Of a stretch of 48,718 bases of DNA, positions 23,017 through 31,693 are shown in pieces (positions within the stretch are counted from its first letter, which is position 1; each line of letters opens with the position of its first letter). A program made the position numbers and the translations under genes. Origin of the DNA: Patescibacteria group bacterium (lineage in GTDB: Bacteria; Patescibacteriota; SICC01); NCBI GenBank assembly GCA_040900285.1, contig JBBDZG010000002.1:1-48718 (forward strand), read 5' to 3'. The notes under the pieces were generated by a model. The model was not told the DNA's origin, did not search any database, and was given only the letters and a program-made list of their open reading frames with translations.

Positions 23017-25827
23017 ATGACGACCGCCACGAAGGGCCGCAAGAAGCTCGTCCTGATCGATGCCCATGCCTTGATCCACCGGGCGTTCCACGCGATTCCG
23101 TTCCTGGCCAAACGGGACGGCGAACTTACCAACGCGGTCTACGGCTTCACCGCCACGGTGCTGTCGGTGCTGAAGGAACTGCGGCCCGAGTATGTCGCGG
23201 TGAGCTTCGACCTGCCGGAACCGACGTTCCGGCACGAACGGTACGAGGACTACAAGGCGACCCGCCAAAAGGCGCCGGATGAGTTGCGGTCGCAGTTCGG
23301 ACGCGTCCGCGAGGTGGTCGACGCCCTCGGCATGCCGGTGTTCGAGAAAGTCGGCTACGAGGCGGACGACCTGCTCGGATCGCTGGCCAAGCAGTTCAGC
23401 AGGAAGCACGACCTGGACGCGTACGTCGTCACGGGCGACAAGGACACGCTGCAGCTCGTCGACGACCGCGTCCGGATATTCACCCTGCGGAAAGGCATCA
23501 AGGACACGGTCGTCTACGACCCGGCGAGACTCAAGGAAGAGCTCGGCCTGACGCCGGAGGAATTCGTCGAGTATAAGGCGCTCAAGGGTGATCCGTCCGA
23601 TAACATCCCCGGCGTGCCGGGCATCGGCGACAAGACGGCGACGGTCCTGGTCCAGAAATACCAGGATCTCGAAGGGCTCTACAAGATCCTCGACGAGGAT
23701 CCGGCGGAGCACCCCGACATCAAGCCGAAGGTCCGGGCGAACCTCGTCGAATTCAAGGACCAGGCATTTTTGTCCCGCGATTTGTCGCGGATCGTCACCG
23801 ACCTGAAACTCAAGTTCAACCTGAAGGACTGTACCATCCACGATTTCGACGTCGAGACGGCGTTAGCGTTGTTCAAGGAGCTGGAATTCAGCTCCCTAGT
23901 GCCGCGAATGAAGGAGGCGATGGCCGCCGAAGGCCAGCAGGTGGGCGGGAAGACCGCCGGCCCGGGGGCGGAAGTTCCGGAGCCGAAACCGCGAGACTTC
24001 TCGAAGGCCGATTACCGAATCGTACGGACGGAGGCGGCGTTCAAGAAATTCCTGGCCCAGCTCGAGAAGCAGCCCGTCTTCGCGTTTGATACCGAGACCG
24101 ACACGCTGGATCCGATCAAGCCGGTGCTGGTCGGTCTGTCGTTCTCCTGGCAAGCCGGCACCGGGTGGTACCTGCCAGTCGGGCATACGGGATCGCCCGG
24201 CCGGAAAGGACCGAACCTGCCGCCGCAGAAGACCCTGGCGGCGTTGAAGCCGGTCCTGACCGGAAAAGAATCCGGCATCGTCGGGCACCATCTGAAGTAC
24301 GACTACCAGGTGATGCGCGCCGCCGGCATCGAGCTGCAAGGCCTCTCATTCGACACGTTATTCGGAAGCTACCTCCTGAACCCCGGTGCCCGGACGCTGG
24401 CGCTCGACAAGCTGGCCTACCAGGAGCTTGGCTATGAAATGCAGTCGATTACCGAGCTGATCGGCACTGGCAAGGTCCAGAAACCGGTGTCCGAAGTCAC
24501 GGTCGACGCGCTCGGCCCGTATGCCGCCGAGGACGCGGACGTCACCTGGCAGCTCTACGAGAAGTTCAGCGGGCAATTGGAACAGCAAGGACTGAGTGCG
24601 ATCCAGGACGAGCTGGAACTGCCGCTGGCGCCGGTACTCGGCCGGATGGAACAGCGCGGCGTGAAGATTGACGTGAAGTTCCTGGCCGAGATGTCGGGCG
24701 AGTTCGGAAAACGTCTGAAGAAAATCGAGAAGAAGGTTTGCGATCTCGCCGGCCATGAGTTCAACCTGGCATCGCCGCGCCAGTTGGCGGCGGTGCTGTT
24801 CGACGAGCTGAAACTCGCCAAAGGGACACGGACGCAAAGCGGCGTACACTCATCGACCGCAGCCGGCAAGATCGAGAAGCTGCGGGACGCGCACCCGATC
24901 GTGCCGCTGATCCTCGAGCACCGTGAGCTTTCGAAACTCAAAGGCACGTACCTCGACGCACTGCCGAGCCTGGTCCGGAAGGATACCGGACGGTTGCACA
25001 CGTCGTTCAACCAGACGGTCGCGGCCACCGGCCGGCTCAGTTCCTCCGACCCGAACCTCCAGAACATTCCCGTCCGGACCGAGGTCGGCCGTGAGATCCG
25101 GAAGGCGTTCGTCGCAGGCCGCGGATACAAGCTGATCTCCGCCGACTACTCGCAGTTCGAACTCCGGATCGCGGCGCACATCTCCGGCGACCCGAAGCTC
25201 TCGGAACAGTTCCGCGACGGCAAGGATATCCATACCGCCACCGCGGCGGCGGTCGCCGGCGTTCCCGAGGCCGACGTCACGCCGGAGCAGCGGTACGCCG
25301 CCAAGGCCGTGAACTTCTCGATCCTCTACGGCGCCACGCCGCACGGCGTCGCCAAGAGCACCGGCATGTCGGTGCCGGAAGCGAAGGAATACATCGACCA
25401 ATACTTCCGGACGTACCCGAAGCTCCGCGAGTACATCGACGCGATGATCGCCAAGGTCCGGACCGACGGCTACGTCGAGACGCTCTTCGGCCGCCGCCGC
25501 TACATCCCCGAGATCAATTCCAGTTCCCACCCGATCCGCGAGGCGGCCAAACGGATGGCGATCAACATGCCGATCCAGGGCACCCAGGCGGATATCCTCA
25601 AACTCGCGATGATCCAGGTCGAAGCCGGACTGCGGAAAGTCTCGAAAGACGCGTCCCTGCTGCTCACGGTCCACGACGAACTCGTGCTGGAAGCGCCGAC
25701 CAAGGCGGCGCCGAAGGTCGCCGAATGGGTCGGGCGGACGATGCGCTGCGCCTATGAGCTCGACGTGCCGATCGAGGTCGAGGCCAGGATCGGACCGAAT
25801 TGGGGCGAGCTGCGGCCGGTTGATTGA
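23017..25827 (+). CDS. polA: DNA polymerase I (5'-3' exonuclease, 3'-5' exonuclease and polymerase domains)
   Basis: From the ATG at 23017 it begins MTTATKGRKKLVLIDAHALIHRAFHA (5' nuclease). It has FAFDTETDTLD (Exo I) and polymerase motifs A (LISADYSQFELRIAAH), B (RYAAKAVNFSILYG) and C (LLTVHDELVLE). The ORF portion at 22417-23016 is antisense to carA and is not coding. Confidence 0.95.
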   Translation: MTTATKGRKKLVLIDAHALIHRAFHAIPFLAKRDGELTNAVYGFTATVLSVLKELRPEYVAVSFDLPEPTFRHERYEDYKATRQKAPDELRSQFGRVREVVDALGMPVFEKVGYEADDLLGSLAKQFSRKHDLDAYVVTGDKDTLQLVDDRVRIFTLRKGIKDTVVYDPARLKEELGLTPEEFVEYKALKGDPSDNIPGVPGIGDKTATVLVQKYQDLEGLYKILDEDPAEHPDIKPKVRANLVEFKDQAFLSRDLSRIVTDLKLKFNLKDCTIHDFDVETALALFKELEFSSLVPRMKEAMAAEGQQVGGKTAGPGAEVPEPKPRDFSKADYRIVRTEAAFKKFLAQLEKQPVFAFDTETDTLDPIKPVLVGLSFSWQAGTGWYLPVGHTGSPGRKGPNLPPQKTLAALKPVLTGKESGIVGHHLKYDYQVMRAAGIELQGLSFDTLFGSYLLNPGARTLALDKLAYQELGYEMQSITELIGTGKVQKPVSEVTVDALGPYAAEDADVTWQLYEKFSGQLEQQGLSAIQDELELPLAPVLGRMEQRGVKIDVKFLAEMSGEFGKRLKKIEKKVCDLAGHEFNLASPRQLAAVLFDELKLAKGTRTQSGVHSSTAAGKIEKLRDAHPIVPLILEHRELSKLKGTYLDALPSLVRKDTGRLHTSFNQTVAATGRLSSSDPNLQNIPVRTEVGREIRKAFVAGRGYKLISADYSQFELRIAAHISGDPKLSEQFRDGKDIHTATAAAVAGVPEADVTPEQRYAAKAVNFSILYGATPHGVAKSTGMSVPEAKEYIDQYFRTYPKLREYIDAMIAKVRTDGYVETLFGRRRYIPEINSSSHPIREAAKRMAINMPIQGTQADILKLAMIQVEAGLRKVSKDASLLLTVHDELVLEAPTKAAPKVAEWVGRTMRCAYELDVPIEVEARIGPNWGELRPVD

Positions 25828-25873
25828 GCGTTTTCTCCTTTGGCAGTAGACTGGACAGCTACTTGGTATACCC

Positions 25874-27283
25874 ATGCCGGAAGAATCTTCTGACACAGTC
25901 CTGACCGAAGCCGAAACGGACTACGTCGCGGAAACGGCCGATGACGACGAAGCCGTCCTTGCGGAAGCACTCGGGACTGCCGACGATGCGGAGCCGGTGG
26001 CGGAGGAACTGGAACGGCGGGCCAGCCGGAACGGAAGCGGGGAGCTGTCCGAAGGGGTCGTGGTTACGTTTCCCGGACTCAAAGAGGCGCCGAAAGCGGA
26101 CGCCGAACCGCCCTCGTCCGACGGAATCGACCGCCTGGCTTTGACCACGGCCAATCATTTCGGAATCGACGTGGAACGGATCAGCAACCCGCGGACCAAC
26201 GCCCCGGAAGTCGCCACCGCCCGGATCATCGTCTTCTCGGTGCTGGAGAACGAGTTCGGGATGTCGCGGGAAGACATCGCTTCCCACTTCGGTCGCACGA
26301 AGAACTCCGTGAGCATGGTCTACAAGAACCCGAAGAACCGACAGCGCCTGCTCAACAGCCGGGTTACGGTCGATACCATCCTTGGAGCGTTCCGGGCGGG
26401 CGACACCCTGGTCGAGCGTGCCGAACGGATCCGGGCTGAAAAAGACGAGCGGCGACTCGAGGCGGAAGCAGCCCGGGCCGAAAAGCGGCGGCCATCCTCC
26501 GGTCAGGAAGTGCGCGAGGTCCCGAAGAAGGAACGCCAGCTGTTCGAGGACTTCCGAGACGAAAAGAGCGAGGGTCATGAAAAGGCCGTGCAGGAGATCG
26601 AAGACACCTACCTGGGACCGGTCAGGCAGGCGATGCGGAAACGGCTGAAAGGTTCCGGAATCCGTCTGTCCCGGACGAAAGCGCAGGAAGTGCTGCATCG
26701 AACGGCCAACTGGTTCGGTCCCGTGGCCAGCGAACGCGAAAGCTTCGAAAGCTGGGTCAAGCTCGTCGCCGGACGGGAGGCCGAGAAGATGCTTGGGGAA
26801 CGGGTCCGGAGAAAGATGGTCGAGGAAACCGACGTCCTCGAGTTCTTCACGGAAACCTACGAAGCCTTCCAAAGCTTCAGCGGCCGCGGGTCGCTGGACC
26901 GGTCCATCGATCTGTCCGGCGAAGACGGTGAACGGGTGTCCGAGGCGGCTCGTGACGTGTACAAGGAATACATGTCCGGCCGCGAGCGGCCCCCGGTGTT
27001 GCCGGATGACTTTACAAAATTGATCAAGCGCATGTACCGGGTCAACGTGACCCTGCAGGATCCGGTAAAGGCCAAGAGCAAGGTCGCGGCCGACTCCCTC
27101 GCCAGACGGATGAGCTTCACCGACTTCCGGGGCGATGAGCTGGCGGAATTCCTCCGGCTGGTCCTCGAGCAGGCCGTCCAGGATGCCGAAACGAAGCTGA
27201 AGGAGCGGCGGAAAAAGGACAAAGCCAACCGGGAAGCCAGGGCGAAACGGAAAACGTCGCCGAAACGGAAGTCGAAAGCCTGA
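25874..27283 (+). CDS. Hypothetical protein with a DnaA domain-IV-like helix-turn-helix and a basic C-terminal tail
   Basis: 469 aa with an acidic N-terminus. Residues ~95-165 (IDRLALTTANHFGIDVERISNPRTNAPEVATARIIVFSVLENEFGMSREDIASHFGRTKNSVSMVY) resemble the DnaA C-terminal DNA-binding domain. A long charged helical region follows, ending in the tail RRKKDKANREARAKRKTSPKRKSKA. Confidence 0.7.
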   Translation: MPEESSDTVLTEAETDYVAETADDDEAVLAEALGTADDAEPVAEELERRASRNGSGELSEGVVVTFPGLKEAPKADAEPPSSDGIDRLALTTANHFGIDVERISNPRTNAPEVATARIIVFSVLENEFGMSREDIASHFGRTKNSVSMVYKNPKNRQRLLNSRVTVDTILGAFRAGDTLVERAERIRAEKDERRLEAEAARAEKRRPSSGQEVREVPKKERQLFEDFRDEKSEGHEKAVQEIEDTYLGPVRQAMRKRLKGSGIRLSRTKAQEVLHRTANWFGPVASERESFESWVKLVAGREAEKMLGERVRRKMVEETDVLEFFTETYEAFQSFSGRGSLDRSIDLSGEDGERVSEAARDVYKEYMSGRERPPVLPDDFTKLIKRMYRVNVTLQDPVKAKSKVAADSLARRMSFTDFRGDELAEFLRLVLEQAVQDAETKLKERRKKDKANREARAKRKTSPKRKSKA

Positions 27284-27300
27284 CCCGCTATACTGTCTGC

Positions 27301-28149
27301 GTGAGAAACAAACGGTCCCGCAAGCACGCCGACCCCTTGATGCCGGATGCCGGCAAGGCCGACCTGCACGTGCACACCACCGCGTCGGACGGTACCGTTT
27401 CGCCGAAGCGGCTGTTGGAGCACGTCGAGCGGCGGACCGACCTGGACGTCGTCGCGATCACCGACCACGACACGCTGGAAGGCGCGCTGGAGGCGAAACG
27501 GATCCACGATGCCGGCGATTACCGGTTCGACCTCGTGCTTGGCGAGGAAATCACGTCGACCGCCGGCCACATCCTGGCGTTGTTCATCAAGCAGCCGGTT
27601 CCCAAGGAGCTTTCCGCGGAAGAAACCATCCGGCGGATCCACCAGCAGGGCGGGTTGGCCATCGCCGCCCATCCGATGCTGGTATTGAGGTATATCGATC
27701 CGGACATGCTGACGGCCGACGGCGTCGGCGCCGACGTGCTGCTCAGCGAGCAGTTCGACGGCATCGAGATCGTCAACGGGAGCCCGATCATGAAGGACGA
27801 GAACGCCCGGGCCCGGTTGCTCAACCGCACGATCCTGTTCCGGGCGGAGACCGGCGGTTCCGACGCGCACATCCTCGAGGCGGTCGGCAAGGGGTACACG
27901 CTGTTCCCCGGGCGGTCGGCCACTGACCTGCGCCGGGCGATCGAGCGGAAGACGACTGAGGCGGTAAGTACCAAGTACCGCATCAGGGAAGTCCTCAGGT
28001 ACGGGCGTTTCTTCGCCAAGGTGAAACTCCGCGAGACCGGCAAGCGGATATTCGGGCTGTTCGGCCAGCGACGGCGGGGAGAGCACCGCGCATCCGCGTC
28101 GTCGACGGGCCGCGGTCTGCGCGCGTCGGGAAGCAAGGCGCCGCGATGA
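27301..28149 (+). CDS. PHP-domain metal-dependent phosphoesterase (TrpH/YciV, RNase AM-like)
   Basis: It carries DLHVHTTASDGTVSP, ITDHDT, AAHP and GGSDAH motifs. The start is either GTG 27301, 6 nt after TATACT, or ATG 27340. Confidence 0.8.
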   Translation: MRNKRSRKHADPLMPDAGKADLHVHTTASDGTVSPKRLLEHVERRTDLDVVAITDHDTLEGALEAKRIHDAGDYRFDLVLGEEITSTAGHILALFIKQPVPKELSAEETIRRIHQQGGLAIAAHPMLVLRYIDPDMLTADGVGADVLLSEQFDGIEIVNGSPIMKDENARARLLNRTILFRAETGGSDAHILEAVGKGYTLFPGRSATDLRRAIERKTTEAVSTKYRIREVLRYGRFFAKVKLRETGKRIFGLFGQRRRGEHRASASSTGRGLRASGSKAPR

Positions 28150-28547
28150 AGGTGCTTTGGCTGATCACGGCGGGGTTGGGACTGCTGTTCCTGGCGGTCT
28201 GGGCGGCCGATGGCGGCGGCGAGGTCATCCCGCGCCAGACCCCGCGTCCGGCCGCGGCGGAGCCGACGCCGGACCAGAGCGAGCAGCAGCGGGCGAGGCT
28301 GAACGACCTGGCCATCGGCGACGCGCGAGGCCGGGTCGATTCGCGCGCCCGGATCCGGGTGGATTCAGTCGGCGTACAGAACTTCAAGGGAGCGGATCTG
28401 CGAAAGGCGAGTCCGGCCGACCCGGGAGCGCAGCTCGGTACGGTGATCGTCCTGGTCGCCACGGTGGACGGTCGGCCGGTGTCCGAACTGACCTACCATG
28501 CCGTGGCGCCGGACACGGTCGTCTTCGTGAAACAGGAAGAACCCTAA
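28146..28547 (+). CDS. Hypothetical secreted or membrane-anchored small protein
   Basis: 133 aa with an ATGA overlap with the PHP gene. It has an N-terminal hydrophobic helix (VLWLITAGLGLLFLAVWA), a Pro-rich linker and a beta-rich C-terminus. Confidence 0.6.
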   Translation: MKVLWLITAGLGLLFLAVWAADGGGEVIPRQTPRPAAAEPTPDQSEQQRARLNDLAIGDARGRVDSRARIRVDSVGVQNFKGADLRKASPADPGAQLGTVIVLVATVDGRPVSELTYHAVAPDTVVFVKQEEP

Positions 28548-28569
28548 GCCCGGCCGTACGCCCGAAGCC

Positions 28570-29502
28570 ATGCCCGAATTGCCGGAAGTAGAGACGATCC
28601 GCGAGGGACTGGACGAAGTCCTGCGGGGCAAGCGGATCAAGCGGTTTTCCGTGACCTTGCGGGGGCTGTTCACCGTACTGAAGCCGGCGAAACGCAAGGA
28701 GCTGGCGGGCTCGCGGGTGACGGGCGTCGACCGGCGGGGCAAGGCGCTGCTGATCCGTTTGGCCGGAGGTCGCGGCATATCTTCCGGCCGGACCATCGTG
28801 ATCCATCTCAAGATGACCGGACAGCTGATATTCCGCGATGCTCCGGGAGGCCGGGGCGGGGGAAGGATCATCCTGGCCGGTGGCCACCCGATCCCCGCCG
28901 TCGGGAACGGTCATCCGGACGGCATGCAGTTGCCCGGCAAGGTGACCCACGCGGTATTTACTTTCACCGACGGAAGCCGACTGTTCTACAATGACCTGCG
29001 GCAGTTCGGGTACCTCAAGCTGATGCCGACCGACGCGGTCGAGGAACTGCCGTTCATCAAGTCGCTGGGGCCGGAACCGCTGGAGCGGTCGTTCTCGCCG
29101 GCCGCGTTCGACGCGCTGCTCCGTCGCCGTCCTAAGGCCAAGCTCAAGCCGCTGCTTTTGGATCAGACGGTAATCGCCGGACTCGGGAACATCTACGTCG
29201 ACGAGGCGCTCAATCTGGCGCGACTGCATCCGCTCCGGACGACGGGCTCGCTCACCGAAGCCCAGCGGAAGGAACTCCACCGGGCGATCAAGAAAATCCT
29301 GCGCGCGTCGCTGCGGGCCGGCGGGACGTCCGACAACACCTACGTGACCATCCGCGGCGCCCGCGGTGATTATCTGCGCCGGGCCCGGGTGTATCATCGG
29401 GTGGGAGAGCCGTGCCGACGCTGTGGCACGGCGATCAAGCGGGTCGCAGTGGCCGGCCGGGGGACGCATTTCTGCCCGCGCTGCCAGCGACCACCCCGAT
29501 AA
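28570..29502 (+). CDS. mutM: Formamidopyrimidine-DNA glycosylase
   Basis: It has the N-terminus MPELPEVE (catalytic Pro2/Glu3), an H2TH region and a C-terminal zinc finger CRRCGTAIKRVAVAGRGTHFCPRCQ. Confidence 0.9.
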   Translation: MPELPEVETIREGLDEVLRGKRIKRFSVTLRGLFTVLKPAKRKELAGSRVTGVDRRGKALLIRLAGGRGISSGRTIVIHLKMTGQLIFRDAPGGRGGGRIILAGGHPIPAVGNGHPDGMQLPGKVTHAVFTFTDGSRLFYNDLRQFGYLKLMPTDAVEELPFIKSLGPEPLERSFSPAAFDALLRRRPKAKLKPLLLDQTVIAGLGNIYVDEALNLARLHPLRTTGSLTEAQRKELHRAIKKILRASLRAGGTSDNTYVTIRGARGDYLRRARVYHRVGEPCRRCGTAIKRVAVAGRGTHFCPRCQRPPR

Positions 29503-29516
29503 GATTGATTTCTTCA

Positions 29517-30458
29517 ATGCCTATGCTGCTCGTCATCCACGGACCAGAAACGTACTTCGTGCACCGCAAGCTCCGGCAGGTGGTCGACAAGGCGCGCGCC
29601 GGGGGCACCGTCGGCGTCACCGAACTGGCGGCGACTGATTCCGACCTCAAGGCGGCCGAGGCCGCGCTGCGCGGCGGTTCGCTCTTCGACGACAAGACGG
29701 TCGCCGTGTTCCGGAACTGGTTCACGGAGAAACCCGCGGACGACGGGAACAAGCTGGCGGAACTGTTGGAAAAAGCGCCGCCGGACGTCGTCGCGGTCGT
29801 CGCGGAGTCCGGCGAGGTCGACAAACGGCGCAAGGCGTTCGCGAAGCTCGCGAAAGACGCCGACAAGTCCTGGCATTACCCGACGATGGACGAGCCGGCC
29901 GTCGCCTCCTGGCTCGTGAAACGCGCCGATGCGGACGATACGAAGCTCGCACCCGGTACGGCCCGGACGATCGTGTCCGCGCTCGGTACCGACGGTTGGA
30001 CGCTGGCGACCGAACTCGACAAGCTCGTTGCCGCGGGCGACGGGGAGGTCACGGAAAAACTCGTCGGCGAGCTCACGAGCTCGAACCGTGTCAGCACGAT
30101 CTGGGAACTGGTTGACGGCGTGGCGGCCAAGGACTTCCGGAAGGCGCAGGCGGCGCTCCGCAGCCTGCTCCGCTCCGGCGAGCCCGCACAGCGGATCTTC
30201 GCGATGGTCGTCCGGCAGTACCGGATCCTGCTCGGTGTGCAAGAGGCCGGGGACCAGCCCGACGCCGCGGTCGCTAAGCAGCTCGGCGTCCATCCGTACT
30301 CGGTCAAGCAGGCGCGCCGCCACGCGTCCCGCTTCGCGCCGGACGAACTGCGGCGGATCTACGACGAGCTGGCCGAGCTGGATGTGGCGGGCAAGTCGGG
30401 CAAACGCGACCCCGAACGGGCGCTCGAACTGTTCGTGGCCGAGCGGACGGTCGCCTAG
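29517..30458 (+). CDS. holA: DNA polymerase III delta subunit
   Basis: 313 aa from the ATG at 29517 (MPMLLVIHGPETYFV...). It has the delta-type three-domain pattern and the conserved convergent pairing with rpsT. Confidence 0.75.
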   Translation: MPMLLVIHGPETYFVHRKLRQVVDKARAGGTVGVTELAATDSDLKAAEAALRGGSLFDDKTVAVFRNWFTEKPADDGNKLAELLEKAPPDVVAVVAESGEVDKRRKAFAKLAKDADKSWHYPTMDEPAVASWLVKRADADDTKLAPGTARTIVSALGTDGWTLATELDKLVAAGDGEVTEKLVGELTSSNRVSTIWELVDGVAAKDFRKAQAALRSLLRSGEPAQRIFAMVVRQYRILLGVQEAGDQPDAAVAKQLGVHPYSVKQARRHASRFAPDELRRIYDELAELDVAGKSGKRDPERALELFVAERTVA

Positions 30459-30808
30459 GAAGTCTTCTTCACGGCCGGTTTGGCCGAGGATTTCGCCGCT
30501 TTCTTGGCGGCTGGCTTGGCCGCCTTAACGCCAGCCGCCGGTTTGGCCTTGGCCTGCTTCAGGACTTCGGCCACGCGCGACTTGTACCGGTCCACGGTCC
30601 GCGGATGGATCGCCCGTACTTTGGCGGCTTTGTCGAGGTATTTCTGGGCGGCCGGCAGGGCTTTGGCGGCCTCGTCCGCCTTGCCGTCCGCGGCCAACGA
30701 ACGGACCTTCTTGAGCGCCGTCCGCGCCCGAGAACGATGGAGCGTGTTCTCCTCCGCCTGACGGGCGGCGACTTTCACGCGTTTCTTGGCTGACTTGATC
30801 TGAGGCAT
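30455..30808 (-). CDS. rpsT: 30S ribosomal protein S20 with a Lys/Ala/Pro-rich C-terminal extension
   Basis: MPQIKSAKKRVKVAARQAEENTLHRSRARTALKKV is a typical S20 N-terminus. The tail is AKAKPAAGVKAAKPAAKKAAKSSAKPAVKKTS. Confidence 0.9.
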   Translation of the reverse strand: MPQIKSAKKRVKVAARQAEENTLHRSRARTALKKVRSLAADGKADEAAKALPAAQKYLDKAAKVRAIHPRTVDRYKSRVAEVLKQAKAKPAAGVKAAKPAAKKAAKSSAKPAVKKTS

Positions 30809-30842
30809 ACCCGCCTAGCATACCGTGAGATAGGAAACGGTG

Positions 30843-31400
30843 CTATCGATTACGGTGGGCGAGGAGCAGCTGTATCACCTCGTCCCTACTGAGGACCTCG
30901 CTTCCAGAAACCGTGCTTTCCGCGATGAAACCGACCTCACGGTATGCCTCGCCCGCGACCACACTGTCCCGGTCGCCGATCAACTTCATGACCAACTCGA
31001 AGCCACGGTCATGGTCGGCTTTCAGTGCATCAATCAGACGGTTCTCAGCGGCGACCCGCCGGTGGTCCGGCGAGCGGCTATCCGCCAATGCTTCATGCCG
31101 GGCGAGCCCGTCCCAACGGCTCCGTTGGTAATCACGGTGCAGTAGTTCCGCCGCGAATCCCGGCTCCTTGGCGGCCCGGGCTTCCTCCATGCGCTCCACG
31201 ATGCCCGAAACGTCGACCTTATATTTATCTCCTGCTTCCCGTAAGGCTTCCAGAAACCCGTCGTCACCGTCCTCGAAAATCTCTTCAAGTTCAGTCATAA
31301 GGAAATCCTGCCCCCAAGTCCCGCCGTGCCGTTGTTCCGCCGCCAACGCTTTGCAGAATTCGTGAGGATCGAACGCGTACGACTTTTCTGAGTCGGTCAT
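30843..31400 (-). CDS. Hypothetical acidic protein, compositionally atypical
   Basis: 185 aa from the ATG at 31400 (MTDSEKSYAFDPHEF...). An alternative ATG lies at 31466. The longest ORF (to 31661) translates through the nrnA promoter region and looks non-coding there. I recognised no family. Confidence 0.55.
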   Translation of the reverse strand: MTDSEKSYAFDPHEFCKALAAEQRHGGTWGQDFLMTELEEIFEDGDDGFLEALREAGDKYKVDVSGIVERMEEARAAKEPGFAAELLHRDYQRSRWDGLARHEALADSRSPDHRRVAAENRLIDALKADHDRGFELVMKLIGDRDSVVAGEAYREVGFIAESTVSGSEVLSRDEVIQLLLAHRNR

Positions 31401-31560
31401 AACGAACCAGCTTACCCGAGCAGCCTCTCCGATGCCAGGGTTTTTGCCTTGGTGAAGTACCGACATGCGCTCAGCAAAAACGCTCTGAGGATCGGGGTTG
31501 AGTATTATCCGCTGGATCGTGATCAGCCGTGTTTTTGCGAGTGTATGTCGGTGCCCAGTA

Positions 31561-31589
31561 TTGACAAAACCCCTAAAAAACCTTATAAT
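31561..31589 (+). promoter_or_regulatory. Sigma-70-type promoter P5a (TTGACA-17-TATAAT)
   Basis: The plus strand reads TTGACAaaacccctaaaaaacctTATAATtaagcaatttttaagcaatccc. This is the same downstream taagcaattttt block as P3. Confidence 0.65.
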
Positions 31590-31627
31590 TAAGCAATTTT
31601 TAAGCAATCCCACACCGCCGGATTTCA

Positions 31628-31656
31628 TTGACAGCCACGGAACCGACGGATATGCT
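31628..31656 (+). promoter_or_regulatory. Second tandem promoter P5b (TTGACA-17-TATGCT) upstream of nrnA
   Basis: The plus strand reads TTGACAgccacggaaccgacggaTATGCT, 37 nt before the nrnA ATG. Confidence 0.55.
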
Positions 31657-31693
31657 GGCAAGTTCGTTTCACGCCTCGCGCGCTACATAGACC

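Noticed and set aside
31401-31661. N-terminal extension of the orphan gene to the ATG at 31661
   Set aside because: The translation (…LLKNCLIIRFFRGFVNTGHRHTLAKTRLITIQRIILNP…) runs through the AT-rich nrnA promoter region and looks non-coding.
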